From contig NW_003314290.1 in assembly GCF_000143415.4 (NCBI RefSeq), positions 1,222,932-1,286,931 of the forward strand: 64,000 nt of DNA, read 5' to 3'. This document shows positions 1 through 12,450 of the stretch, in pieces; positions within the stretch are counted from its first letter, which is position 1; each line of letters begins with the position of its first letter. Made by a program: the position numbers and the translations under genes. Source of the DNA: Selaginella moellendorffii (taxonomy: Eukaryota; Plantae; Lycopodiophyta). Under the pieces are notes generated by a model, which ran no database searches, was not told where the DNA came from, and saw only the letters and a program-made list of their open reading frames with translations.

Positions 1-227
1 TCGGGCAAGCACTATAGCTAGACTTGAAATCACCGAGAAAGAAAGCTTAAGAAACGAAAGCTTACGAGTAATCGACCAAGGTAAACTACACAACTTGATC
101 GTGCATTGTCTTAAGTTCTTCGTGTCTCTCTTTCGAGTTTCTTATCCAATCCTCTCGGTTGTGTAGGCGCTGAGAAGTTCCAGCCGAAGTTCTTCCCAGA
201 TCTATCGCCCGAGATCCAAGGAGAGCC

Positions 228-2615
228 ATGGTTACCTCCTCCTCGTCCAAGAAGCTCTTCCCCCGCTTCGTGACCCTGAAAGGCGACAATGGTCAGCTCC
301 TCACAGTGCACGCTCTGGATGGAGTACCGTACCTCACATTTACTTCCCTGGAGCCGTCGCGGCTGGCTACTCATGAGATCATCTGCCACAAGGATCTCCC
401 GGACGTGGTGATGATCCGTTCCTCCAACGGCCGCTACTGGAGCCGCAACGAGAATAGCTGGATCGTGGCGAACCGGGACGAGACCCCGGCATCCTCGGAT
501 ACGAGCTCCAACTTCAAGATCGTCCGGGTGAGTAGCAGCAGTAGCAGCAGCACGGTGGCGCTGCAATCCTTGGCGGACGGGAGCTACTTGCGATGGTTCT
601 CGCAGTCGCAGGTCCAGCACGGCTGCAACGCGGTCGGGAGTTCGTGCGACGTCCACACTCACCTCGAGCTCTGCGATGCGTCCGAGACGGCGCTGGTTCT
701 CCCGCGGCTGCTCTCGCTCAAGTCGGACAATGGGCTGTTCCTCGCCGCGCAGTACCAGCGCGAGATCAACTGGCTGAGCTTCGCGAGCTCCTCCAAGAGC
801 GAGCTCGCGACGGCGCACGAAGTAGTGCTGCTGCCAAACGGGAACGCGATGATCCAGAACGTCAAGAGCGGCAAGTTCTGGCGGGTGAGCTGCGTCAACT
901 GGGCGTGGGCGGACGTGGATCGCTCGCACGCGCTGACGAACACCGCGTGCCACTTCGAGCCCGTGAAGGTGAGCGCCACCGAGGTGGCGCTCAAGTCGGC
1001 CTTCTCGGGGCGGTTCCTCAAGCGCTACACCGAGTACTGGAAGGACGCGCTGTGCGGGCTGGCGTGCGGGATGAACGATCCGGCGACGCGGTTCGTGGTC
1101 GGGGGCGCGGTGGTGTCGCAGAGTTTGGAGGAGATCGCGTACTCGCTCAAGATGGCGGAGATGGTGGAGGTGAAGAGCGTGGAGGTGGCGAGCGGGGTGG
1201 CGACGAACAGCGAGCAGAAGGCGTGCGATGTGGTGGTGCAAGTGAAGTTTTCGTTATCGGTGTCGCGGAGGCACCGGTGGTCGGACTCGTCGACTTTCGT
1301 GAAGGCGTGCCCGAGGACGAGCTTCACGGTGGGGGTGCCCGAAGTGACGTCCGCGGAGGGCAGCATCACGGTTGGCGCCGCACAGTGTTTCAAGACGAGG
1401 ATGTGCGCCGTGGTGGAGGAGGCTGTGCAGTTCCAGTCGACTTACACTGTCAAGAGTGTGGAGCCCGGGGAAGAGGTATGGATCTTGGTTTTTCTTCTTG
1501 TTCTTGCGAGAGTTCTTGAGAAGTTTGCTTTGTTTCATCGCATCTGTAGGCTCTAGTTCCTTAGATTGCTTCTTTGTCTTGGTGGCATCGCTTCTGAGGC
1601 TCAAGTTCTTTCTTTTTATGCTTGATCTTCCTCTTCGTTGCATCGCGTTTGTCTTGTGATCAATGTATGGTTCTTTCTCTTCCTTTCTTCGTCTTTTGGT
1701 TTTTCTTCTTGTTCCTGCGGGATTTCTTGAGAAGTTTCCCTTGTTTCATCGCAGAGTTCCTTAGATTGCTTCTTCTCTTTCTCTTATGCTTTCCTTTTGT
1801 TGTTCTTGGCGAGATTTCATGAGATGTTTCATCGCAGATCTCGTTTTATTGCTTCTTTCTTTTGGTTGCATCGCATTCTGAGGCTCAACTTCTTGTTTTG
1901 GTTGCTTTTGCATCACATCTGCTTGATTTCTTCTTCTTCCTCGTTGCATTGTTTCTCATCAAGCGATTCTGGAAAGATTCGTTTCTGTTCTCTCCTCTTT
2001 GAATCGCACTCTCTGTTCATTGTTTGGAATCTCTTAATTTTCTTTGCTGTTTGGATTGCTTCTCTAGATTCTAGGATTGAATCACTGGATGTTTTTCTTT
2101 TTTCTTCCACTAGTCACGCTCAGATGCTTCTCGTCTTTTCCTCATCGTCTCTCATGTGATTGTTCTTTTAGACTCTTCCACCTTTCGCTTTGCCCTTACA
2201 TCTTTTCCTTTCTACGTGACTCGATTCCAGCTTTTCTGTACTACTCTCTTTTCCATAGTGGGATGCTCTGCTCTCTTCTAAAGATGTCGTCCTTTGAGAT
2301 CTTTCTAATCGATGCGATTGCGATTGCTCTCACAGTCTCGCTAATGCTTTCGATTCATCGCAGGTGACTGTCAAGGTGCAATGCAGCCAAGGCAAATGCC
2401 GCGTCCCCTTCACCTACAGCGCCAAGCAAACCCGGCTGGATGGATTCGTGCTCCCCACGATCCAGTGCGTGGATGGCTTCTTCGAGGGCGTGAGCGTGTT
2501 TGACACCAAGGCCGTGGTGACAAGCGCGCACCGCAAGACGCCCACTTACTTGCCCGTGTGCTGCTCCTTCGCCTCCACCGCCGCTGGCCGACGCCGCATC
2601 CCGGCAGCTCTGTGA
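228..2615 (+). CDS. Amaranthin-type agglutinin x2 + aerolysin-like pore-forming domain protein (Hfr-2/natterin-like); exons 228-1475 and 2364-2615
   Basis: Two agglutinin repeats (FPRFVTLKGDNG / LPRLLSLKSDNG..., VKSGKFWR). Aerolysin-like C-terminus with a Ser/Thr-rich hairpin region and CRVPFTY...GFFEGV. A phase-0 GT-AG intron at 1476-2363 joins the two ORFs (about 499 aa). Confidence 0.85.
1480..1930. repeat. Degenerate pyrimidine-rich tandem repeats inside the 888-nt intron
   Basis: Recurring ttcttgttcttgcgagagttcttgagaagttt...tgtttcatcgca...gttccttagattgcttct units at about 1490, 1700 and 1800. Confidence 0.65.
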
Positions 2616-2948
2616 TCGGACGGCCGGATTTCGCTGGCCGGATTTAAATGTTTGAATTGTGCTCCATCCTGGCCGTTTAACGGATGTGTACTTTAGAGGA
2701 TCCAAGAAACCTAGAGAATGAATTATCTTCTTCATTCGATCTATATTGCATTGTTTACATCCTTTGTTTGATTTTCTGGCGAGCAGTGAGCACGATCCAA
2801 GGGGAAATAGATCTAGACTTAGATTAAGCACTGTCTATTCACTCTTCCTTTTGGTTGCTCTGCTTGCTTGCAGAGCTTATGTGATGAATTGTTCTTTTTC
2901 TCTTTGTTCTTCTGGATTCTTCTTCTTTGTTTCCGTGACTCCGTACTG

Positions 2949-2952
<4 letters not shown>

Positions 2953-2985
<33 letters not shown>
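2953..2985. repeat. (TC)n microsatellite
   Basis: Directly visible dinucleotide run. Confidence 0.95.
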
Positions 2986-2986
<1 letters not shown>

Positions 2987-3380
2987 AGCAGCCAAGGCAG
3001 ACGCCAGACCCTCTTCAATCTAGTCCGCCAAGCCCAATGGGCGATCAAATGCAACCATGCCATCCTCTGTGATTGGACGGCAGGGATCCAAATATTTGAA
3101 ATCTATGCTGCATCTCGGCCGTTGATTTGAATCCGAGCCCTTGGCGGGAAGTAGGGCCTGAGAGCTTTCTCAATCTATAAAGTACCAACGAAACAAATTC
3201 CAGAGGAGCTCAATTGTAGAAGTGAAAACGAGGAAAGACAATTTGGAAGAGAAGAAAGCATCAATCACAAACAGTCAAGAGCTAGGCTGAGCTGGTGGTA
3301 TATGTTACAAAAAGCACCCAAAAAAAAATTAATCCCCGTCCATGATCTCCATCCGCCCATGATCTCCATCCATCCTCCCT

Positions 3381-4275
3381 CTACTTGCTCGCCTTGGTTC
3401 TGGCCTTCTTCTTTGGCGATCCAGCGCTGGACGCCTTCGTCTTCCTGCTTCCCCCCTTGGCCGAAGAAGCTTTCGCTGGCGATGGCGACTGCGCTTTCGA
3501 TCTCGGCGACTTGCCCCGGGATGGCGATGGCGATGGCGATTTCGCCGCCTTCTTCGTTGCCACTGCCTTCGCTGCCTTGACTGTCCGCGCTGCCTTGGCC
3601 TCTTTACCTCCCTTGGTCACCTTTGGTTTCGCAGTAGTAGTGGCAGCAGTGCCCGTGGTAGCGCTAGCTTTCTTCTTCTTACTCTCGGTCTCGGTAGTGT
3701 CGCTGGCCTTGGCTGGCGCCTTGGGCGCCGCACTGTTGCTGCTCTTGCTGGCCTGCTTGAGCTCCTGGGACAGCTTGTACGAGCCCTTCACCTTGACCAG
3801 ATTCTCCTGCTTTATCTGCTTCTTGAGCTGGACCGACAGTAGCTTCCGAAAGTTCTCCGGGAGATCCTTCTCGTACCTCTCCTCGATGAACTTGGCGATG
3901 GCGGGCTGGCTGGACCCCGTCCTGTCCTTGAGCGTCGAGATGGCTTCCGTGATCATCTGGGAGAAAACAGACCGCCTCGCGTCAGAACATATATCTATCT
4001 ACATTCCCAAAACGAAAACAAGAGAAAAAGCAAAACAGGGGAGAGAGTGAAAGTACCTGGAGGTAAGGCGGATGCGTCATAGGCGCCCTCGAGCCCTTCT
4101 TGGGTGGAGAAGAGGCCGCAGGAGCAGGTTTCGGGGACGAGCTCTTTCTCGTTGTCCTTGTTGTCGTGGACTTTGCCTTCGTTGACGGGACCTTCTCCTT
4201 CTTCGCCTTTTCCTTCGCAGGAGCTTTAGCCGCAGCAGTGGCGGGCGCCTTCTTCTTGCCAGCCTTGGCCGCCAT
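3381..4275 (-). CDS. H1: Linker histone H1; exons 4275-4057 and 3956-3381
   Basis: GH1 globular domain (HPPYLQ|MITEAISTLKDRTGSSQPAIAKFIE...LVKVKGSYKLS) flanked by K/A/S/P-rich tails with SPK-type motifs; canonical GT-AG intron. Confidence 0.95.
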
Positions 4276-4608
4276 CTCCTGCACGCGAAAAAACAACAAC
4301 CGCAACAAGAAGATTATCCAACCCTAAGCAACCCAGGGCAGCACTCACCAAGAAGCGAACTTGGTCGAAGCGATGAGATGACCCTCCTCGTAAAAACAAC
4401 CCCACCGAAAAAGGATATAGCCTCGGAGCTTATTCTGTAAAAGCAACTACTTTCCCCAGGCCACAAAACCACTTCTGATCGAATCCCTCCGCGGATAATC
4501 CAACCACAAGTTAACGGCCTGCCTCCGTCCCCCGCCTATCTATCTATCTGAAGATCTCTAAACCGATCGATCGAATCCCCTCCCTGTACGACGAGCTGCC
4601 CGAACTAT

Positions 4609-6481
4609 CTAGCACGTCCACGAGTTAGACCTGGTAAGGTACGGCTTGGTCTTCTTGTCTTCCTCCAGTGACACCATCCCCAAGTGCGAAGGATCCTCCA
4701 GCATCATTTTGGCAACCAGATACCCCGCAATTGACCATGTCTGGAGCTTCCTGGCCTGCTTGCCGATGTAGCGACCTGTCTTTCCGTCGTAGTACTCGGG
4801 CCACCCATCCTTGCTGAGCCTGGCCTCGGCGATCTCAATGGCCCTGCGAGCTATCTGTGGTCGCCCCGTCTTGATGCAAGCCGCCGTCAGCAGCCACAGG
4901 AGCACTGGACAAAGCCCACAAGAATTAGAACTTTGGAGGTCACAAATGTAGCAGCAGAGGCAAAGTACCTGGCCACGAGCCGCCGTTGTGATAGCTCCAT
5001 CGAGTGTTCTTGGGATCACAGCCGGTCACAATCTTCCATTCGTGTCCTTCCAGTGCCGGATACGTTACCTTAAGTGGCATCTCCCCAATGAGATCGTCCC
5101 AGCGCTCCTCGATGAGGTCCATGATCGCGGTGGCCTGCTCCGGCGTTGTCAGCGACGAGAGGATGGCCACGCAGTTTCCAATCGTGAACCACCGAAAGTC
5201 CATCCTCGCCGGGCTCACATTCCCAATGAAGTAGCCACCTTTCATGGGCATGAAGTCGAACACCCAGTCGGGTATGGAGTCGGGGATCACGTTAAACTTG
5301 TTCACCGCTGTGTGCGAGTACTCCTCTGTTTTGTAGCGATAGATGTTGTTGAGCTGCTGGAAGTCGAGCCAAAAGTACGAGCGGAGATGGTATCGCAGGG
5401 CATGGAGCCTCTTGTCAATCCTCTCGATGAACTCTTTACCGCCAGCTTCCGGCTTGAGCAAGAACTTTGCGCAGCGGAGAGCCATAAAGAACAGCGCCTG
5501 GATCTCAATCGGGTACCCGTAGATTCCCTGCAAGAAGCCACAAGCTCAGAACAAAGACCTCAATCGAAACTCCTTACCATCCGGCGATCGATCATGCAGC
5601 AGCCATCGGCACAGAGTAGAGTCGGGAAGGTGTCGAATCCTTCCGAGAGGCACAAGGTGAGGATCAATCGTATCCCTCGCTGGCAGTCGGGATCGTCGGA
5701 AAGGTTGTGATCGCCGGTGGCCTTGACATAGGCACGGAGGAGAATGATCCACCAGAAGCCCGAGTCGACGGGAGCGACTCTCCCAATCGCGCTCTCGCCA
5801 AAGTCGGCGATCATCGTGTCGGTTCTGCTGGGATCATGCAATACCTTGAAGCTCGCCGGCATTACGCCCTCGCCGAGCGTGAAGCAGTCGATTCGCTTCT
5901 CCCACGCTTGCAGCCGCAATGTCTTCATCAGGAAGTTCTTCGCAATCTCGGGTTCGCCATTCATGATGAAAGCGAGGGCGCTGGGCACGAAATCTCTCAC
6001 GAAAACCTGGAATGCGGCCCGTAATATCAATCGCGCATGCGAAATCTTGCAAGAACAGGCAAGAGAAAGAACCGACCTGGTTATAGTTGAGGCTTTCCTC
6101 CACCGGATCGTTGGCAGCGATTGTCCCGATCGGCTTGTCGCGGAAATACACCAAAGATCGCCGGAGCTGCTCCCATGCATCGATCATCGCGGGATTGGGA
6201 TCCAGCAGCGACCGCGGCGTGTTGGAGGCCGAACGGAAGAAATTCATGGAGAAATTCTCACCGATCTCGTGCCGCGAGGGCGGCAGAGGAGAAATGCCGG
6301 GCGAAACTAGGTCACTGAGCGTGCGCTCGTCCAGCGACCGCTGCGTCTCGATCGGCCGGGGCTTGAGCGCCACAAGCTTGGAGAAATCGATGTCGCTGAT
6401 GAGATCGCACAGGTGCGCATCGCCATTTCTTGACGCGGTATCGGATGGATCGGCCGCCGAAGCATCGAATCCCAGCGGCAT
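4609..6481 (-). CDS. CINV: Alkaline/neutral invertase (GH100, cytosolic beta-type), 4 coding exons
   Basis: LNYNQ|[78 protein letters not shown]-terminal RSNSWTC. Confidence 0.96.
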
Positions 6482-6657
6482 TTTCCCCTCTCTTCGCTCC
6501 AAGAAACCAAGACGCAGTCCTACAAGCTACACACCGCTGTGTACATTAATACCTTCCCTAAAATTTTTCTTTTACCAAAGGTAGCCCCCACTCACGCGAA
6601 GAACTTCTCTTTTTCCATAGCTCTCAGGCTTTTTTGGCCAAGAGAGCGATCACCAGG

Positions 6658-6690
6658 CGTCCACGTCGGCCCCTCACGTGCCACGTAGGA
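6658..6690 (-). promoter_or_regulatory. Cluster of three ACGT-core elements (G-box/ABRE-like) upstream of the invertase
   Basis: ccacgtcgg, tcacgtgcc and gccacgtagg (ACGTGGC on the - strand) within about 30 bp, roughly 180-210 bp upstream of the ATG. Confidence 0.45.
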
Positions 6691-7095
6691 CCCAATTGCC
6701 AGAGAATATGCCCGCTCCCGAATATTCCGGTACTCGCGATCCAGAGAATATTCCCACCAAGAACCAAAAACAAAATTAAAATGGTTTTCCCTGCAACTCT
6801 CCCAGATTCCCAAAGATTCCTTTGCCACTTTGTTTCATCTCATCAGTGTCTCACAATCGCTGTGTGTTCTATGTTCAAGGAGGGATGAGATGTGAAACAA
6901 AAAGGCCTACTTTTCTCTCCACCGAAGCCCCCACCACCGGAAAAAAAAAAATCTCACCAATGTCGGGAAGGATACACGCACAGTGTGCTGTTGTGCCAGC
7001 CTGGGAGAAAGGCAAACAAGCACCGCTGAGCCCTGTGATAGAGATCACCAAAAATAAAAGCTCGAAAGCTATACCTTCCAGGTAATCGCCGATCT

Positions 7096-8871
7096 TTAGC
7101 GCAAAGATGGTCGAGGTGAGCGAGGCCTGACTGGGGTCTTCGACGGGCTCACCCTGTAAGAGACGTATCGGGAGTTTGTAAGAAAGAACAATCGGTGATC
7201 GAGCGAGTGTCTTTACCGAATTGGTAGCGAGCCAAGAATTGCACCGCTGCAATTCAACGCAGCCATAGCGCTCTCAGCCTGCGAAAGAGGTTGTGACCGT
7301 AAGCAACGAGCTCCCAAGGACCAAATCTATTCGCTCACCAGTGCGAACTCAACAAACGCTATTCGAGTAGAATGATGGTAGTCGCCCAGCAATCTCAAGC
7401 GCGACACCTGGACGAAGAGAACCAAAGAGTCGTAAAATGCGCAAACACGAAAGGAGAGAGACTCGAAAATGCTTCTTACCTCACCACAAAGTGACTCGAA
7501 AAATAGCTTCACATCGGATTGGGAGACCTGGAATAAAATCTTCCGTGTCATAGATCGACGCTGGACACAACCTCGAAAGTCACCTTCTTGTCGATATTCG
7601 TGCAGTATATGGTACGTGCGCACATCTGCCGCTCATCCTCTGACTGGAAGTTAAAAAACAAACACCCGAGCAAAATATGTGAGAAAGAGCTCCGCGTAAA
7701 AGTCAAAAAGTAGCTCACCCGAGGTAGAAAAGTCGGGTTCACTGGAACAATGGCCGTCTTAGAGGGCAAAACTCGAACTGGATAAAATCCGAGCATAGTT
7801 CCTGCGAGATTAAGTGCTTGGCGAGCACCCTCTGATCAATGGTGTGTCATCAACATCAACATGTAAGAAAAATGGACAACAGGAGCAACCGGTCTTACCT
7901 TCATCTGTGAATTCCACAAAGGCAAATCTCAGAACCGAATTGGGATCACCGCAAACACGGCAGTCAATAACCTGGAGTTGCAAAAGAAGAATAACAATTC
8001 AAAATCAGTAGAACCACAAACCGAGAATACTATCATGTACGCAATTATCACCTGGCCACAATTGATAAACAATGCTGCCAATTGCTCCTCGGTAACCTGG
8101 TAGCATCAAACGTAAGATCCACATGCATGAAGAGAAAAAACGAGGATGAAGAGAAGGAAACCAACCTGCTGATCAATATCTGAGACATAGACAGTCCGCC
8201 GGATACACTCTTCTCGCTGCGCTTTGCTTTGCCTATTGTTATATCTCTTCTTCCCTGTGTTGTATCCGTTTTGCTGCACAAGGAATAAACCAAGTTTGCG
8301 ATCAGATCCGGCAAAAAAAGAAAAAGTAGCAAGGACAAAGAACGCCTTGGTCTCAAGCAGAACCTCTAGATCACCTTGCGTTGTTGCTGCAGTGGTTGCT
8401 GCTGCTGCAGCTGCTGCTGTTGATGGTTAATTTGCTTGGATAGGAGCTCCTTGGAAAGCGCGGGGTCTCCACGAGAAGGTGGAACAAACTCCTTGGCCAG
8501 GGGGTTGAGCTTCTTGAGCAAATCTTCCAGCTCCCTCATACTGTCATTACTAGCGTTACTCCGGCCGGAATTCTCATCATCCTCCTCGCCTAGCAAGCCG
8601 TTGGATCGCTGCGACTGGCCGACCTGGACAGACAAGCCGATGAGCGACGGTAGAGAGCGCCCGAGCCAGCGGAAGGAATCGAGAGCGAGAGAAATCGAGC
8701 GAAATCGGGTCGAAATCTTACCTCGTACAGCTGCTCCGGGGATGAATCCATGCCGCCAAAGCTGCTAGTCGTGCCGCCGGGGCCGCCGCCCTGTGGAGAA
8801 GACCCGGTCGCGGCTCCCAGTCCCAGTCCTACCGATCCATCCATCCCTGCATTGTCTGCAACCGCCATCAT
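7096..8871 (-). CDS. CID: PAM2 + two-RRM RNA-binding protein (CTC-interacting domain CID8-13 family), multi-exon
   Basis: PAM2 motif KLNPLAKEFVPP, polyQ tract, RTVYVSDID, LRFAFVEF, RVLPSKTAIVPVNPTFLPR, RTIYCTNIDKK, C-terminal VSPSKTPVRPR. Confidence 0.92.
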
Positions 8872-9435
8872 CGCGGGCCGGCGCACCAATCCGAGCTCTC
8901 ACCAGCGAGATCCAGCCATCGCTGGACCAGATCGTCGTCGTCTCCCCCCGGCTCTCTCAAAAACCTAGAAACACACAAAAGCCCTAAGCTCCCTTGGATC
9001 CAGCGAGGAAAGCATGTAAGAGAGAGAGGAGGGAAGAGAGAGAGAGAGAGAGGAACAGAAGAGGGAGAAGACCTAAGGGGTGTGTCCTCTAATCGTAGCT
9101 AAGTACGCCCAAGGGTGGAGCGATCGCTCACGGCTCAAGGGCACACCAACGCAGCCGGCGAGCGTTTTTCTTGGCCGCGGGCGGAGAGATCGCCCGCGCC
9201 ATAGCTATAGCAGCGCTGGGCTGGCCTCTTTTGGACGGCTACGAAACATTGACCTAATTTTCGCTGCATTTTGGTGGATTTCGTTCTCTCTTTCTTTTTT
9301 TATAATTTCTGCCTCTTTTTCTTTTTTTCCGGGCAATCATCACCGTACAATGTATAGCTGGTTAGTCTTTACGCTGGTAATTTAATCCGGAACCTAATTA
9401 ATCCGCAAAGTCCACGCCATGCTCCCCCGTCTTTT

Positions 9436-9585
9436 AGGTGGGCCAAATAAAATCTCATTGGCCATCTTTCCACGTTTTCACACATGCTTTGTACTAGTTT
9501 GGGCCATGTCTCAATTTTCTGGATTGGGCCACTTATTATGACCACGCTCTAGGGTTCCTTCTCAGCGTCGTCTTCTAGGGTTTGG
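9436..9585 (+). promoter_or_regulatory. Site II (TGGGCC x3) + telo-box-like elements in the divergent CID/hnRNP promoter
   Basis: TGGGCC at about 9439, 9500 and 9525; (c)tagggtt(t) at about 9550 and 9577. This pairing is typical of plant RNA-metabolism and ribosome-related genes. Confidence 0.5.
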
Positions 9586-10244
9586 CTGGGGAGGAGGGGC
9601 TTTTGGCGCAGCAATCTCGCGGCGAATTCGCTCATTCCATCCCCGAATTCGCATTCTCAGGTACCTCGCGGCCTCTCAATTCAGCTCCTCCGTGCCTCTT
9701 TTGCTCGCATTTTCTTTCCTCCTGCATGCTCTGCCTGGCCATTCCTAGGAAGGGTTTTGCTGCGCGCGGGGGGCGTGGTAAGACTAGAAATCTATCGGCG
9801 TAGCTGAAATTCACGCGTAGGTTTGGTTACCAGCATTTTGTTTTCGTTTTTTGCGCATTTTGGTGGAATGGTTTATTTGGTCCATAACTTAACTGTGAAG
9901 GTGCTGATTGGTGGTTTGTGCCCGTGTCTTTGATCTCGATTTCATCGCAAAAAAACGAACTTTAGTTTTTTTCATGAATGCTTGAAGGCCAAAGCCTACT
10001 GTTCACTGTTCACTGTCTAGAACGGCCTTGAAGCTCTTTCTTTCATTCTTCTTTTACATTTTCATTGCTCTCAAATGGCCTTAACAGCAAATTTCTCTCT
10101 CTCCAGCCCTTTCTCTTGTCCAGTTTTTACTCCTCTTGATGCCCTTCGTCTGCGGATGCTCCCTTCTATTCCTTGTCCACAGCTCCACTACAAGCTTTTA
10201 GGTGAGGAGCTGCTTACTGCTACTGCCGAGGAGCGGGAGTGGAC

Positions 10245-12131
10245 ATGTCGGACGCCTCAGCGTCGCCAGAGGTCCACGACGACGAGAGAATTGACATAGA
10301 CGGGGACGTTGAGCCAGAGGATGTTATAGATGACGAGACCGACGGCATTGTTGAGGAAGAGAAGGCCGACCAGGAAGGTCTCGACTTGGACATGAACGAA
10401 GACGAGGGTGGCGAAGATGAGGCCTATACCACAGATCACGAAAATGGGCTGCAAAATGGAGAGAATGCAAGCGCTGATCTGGGAGAGAGCGTTGATGTGA
10501 CGATTCCAGAGGACGAAGTGGAGAAGAAGCCGGAAGAAACGCACAGGGATATGAAGGTTGACGACGACGAGGAGACCAAGAGCCTCCTCTCACGTCCTCC
10601 CCATGGCTCCGAAGTTTTTATCGGAGGTGTCACCCGTGACACGAACGAGGATGATCTCCGTGAGCTGTGCAGTCCGTGCGGTGAAATTTTCGAGGTACAT
10701 GGATTCAAATATGAACTGTTTTATGACATTTTTATTATCAGGTCCGGATTCTCAAGGATAAGGAGACTGGAAACAATAAAGGCTATGCGTTTGTCACGTA
10801 TACTAATCGCGAGACCGCCGAAAAGGCCATAGAAACATTGGCCAATTCGGAGTTGAAGGTGAGTGTTCGACGTTAATTCGTGAGAACTTTGTGTGATTTG
10901 GTTGTGTTTCAGGGAAGGAAGCTACGGTTTTCTCATTCACAGGCAAAGCACAGACTGTTCATTGGTAACATACCCAAGTCTTGGGATACTCCTGAACTGG
11001 AAAAGATCTTGGCGGAAGAGGGCCCTGGCGTTGAGGGTGTCGAGCTTTTGAAGGTACGCAACTATGCCACATTTAGTGTAGCAACGTGTTTCATTAAATG
11101 CAGGACCCTCGTAATCCTGGCAAGAATCGAGGTTTTGCCTTTGTCGAGTACTACAACCATGCGTGTGCCGATCACGCCAGAAAATTAATGTCGAGGTCGT
11201 CGTTTCGTCTTGGAAACAACGTACCCACGGTGAGCTGGGCGGATCCCCGTACAGGGGCGGAACCTGCTGCCACCTCACAGGTGAACGCTAAATGCTGATA
11301 GCGGCGCAAAGACTGATTTTATTTTTCTTTCATGTCCTCGCAGATCAAAGTCGTCTACGTTCGCAACCTGCCTGAGGCTGTGACCGAGGAGCAATTGAGA
11401 GGCTTGTTCGAGCATCACGGTGAGATCACCAAGGTGGTGCTGCCTCAATCGAAGCCCGGCCAGCCCAAGAGAGATTTTGGATTTGTCCATTTTGCGGACC
11501 GCAATGACGCGCTAAAGGCGATAGAGAAGACAGAGAAATACGAGCTAGAAGGTATGCTCAGCCTTATTATATGTTTCCTTTCTTGCAGGCTAAAGTTTTC
11601 TTAACTTGGAACTACCAGGTCGTGTTCTAGAATCGTCTCTCGCAAAGCCTCCTGTCGAGAAGAAGGGGATGGACCAGCCTCTAGCTCCTCAGAGACTGGG
11701 AATTCTCTCTCAGTTGCAACCCAGAACAGCCGCCTACAGCTATCCAGTTGACATCTACAACAACATAGGAACTGGAGGCGGCTATGGACAAAACAGATAC
11801 AACCAGGTGATCACACGCTTCTTCTTTCTGTTCTTTCTCACAAGTTTCTCCTCGCTTTCCAGCCTTTGATCTATGGACGCGGGCCTCCTCCCGCTGGTAT
11901 GACAATGGTTCCAATCCAACTTCCAGATGGCCGGCTTGGCTATGTTCTGTAAGTAGCTTGTTTCAAGTTTCGCGCTTAGAGCTAAGATTTCCTGTGCTGC
12001 GTAGGCAACAACCTGGGATCCAACAACAGGGATCACAATTTGGCCGGGGTGTACTATCATCGTCGTATAGAAGTAGCAGTAACAACGCGGGCTCTGGTGG
12101 CAGCAGCTCGAGGCGCTATCGGCCATACTGA
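10245..12131 (+). CDS. hnRNP Q/R-like (LIF2/SYNCRIP family) three-RRM protein, multi-exon
   Basis: Acidic N-terminus, RPPHGSEVFIGG, KGYAFV, HRLFIGNIPKSW, NRGFAFVEYYNHACA, VVYVRNLP, MVPIQLPDGRLGYVL, C-terminal RYRPY*. Confidence 0.92.
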
Positions 12132-12450
12132 GTGAGTGACACTTACACATATATGTTTGGGATCATCAGCAACAGGAGCTCACTTTTGCTCCATGGCTGT
12201 TCTTCCTTTTCGCTCATTTCAGGCTTACTAGATTTCCAGGCCTGATGCTTGAACAGGTGCGTAGCTAAAATGTATTTACGTCTCGTGAGTTTTTCCCAAA
12301 CCGTTTAATAAGAAAGTGCTAAAGGTGAAGGAGAAAACTGTTGATTGTACTTCTGATGGATGCTTCACATCCAAATGCAAAACGTCACTTCACCTCTTCA
12401 CTGCGAGATTCTTATGCTTTTAGTTGGGTGCTAATGATCTTAAACATGTA

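Noticed and set aside
111-1519. Long overlapping ORFs (111-1241 -, 593-1519 +)
   Set aside because: Shadow frames produced by the high GC3 of the lectin gene; no domain-like content.
3385-4050. Hydrophobic 221-aa + strand ORF resembling a membrane protein
   Set aside because: Antisense of Lys/Ala-rich histone H1 codons.
4410-4420. ATATCCTTT (U12-type donor-like) on the - strand
   Set aside because: Lies upstream of H1 with no matching exon or branch-point context.
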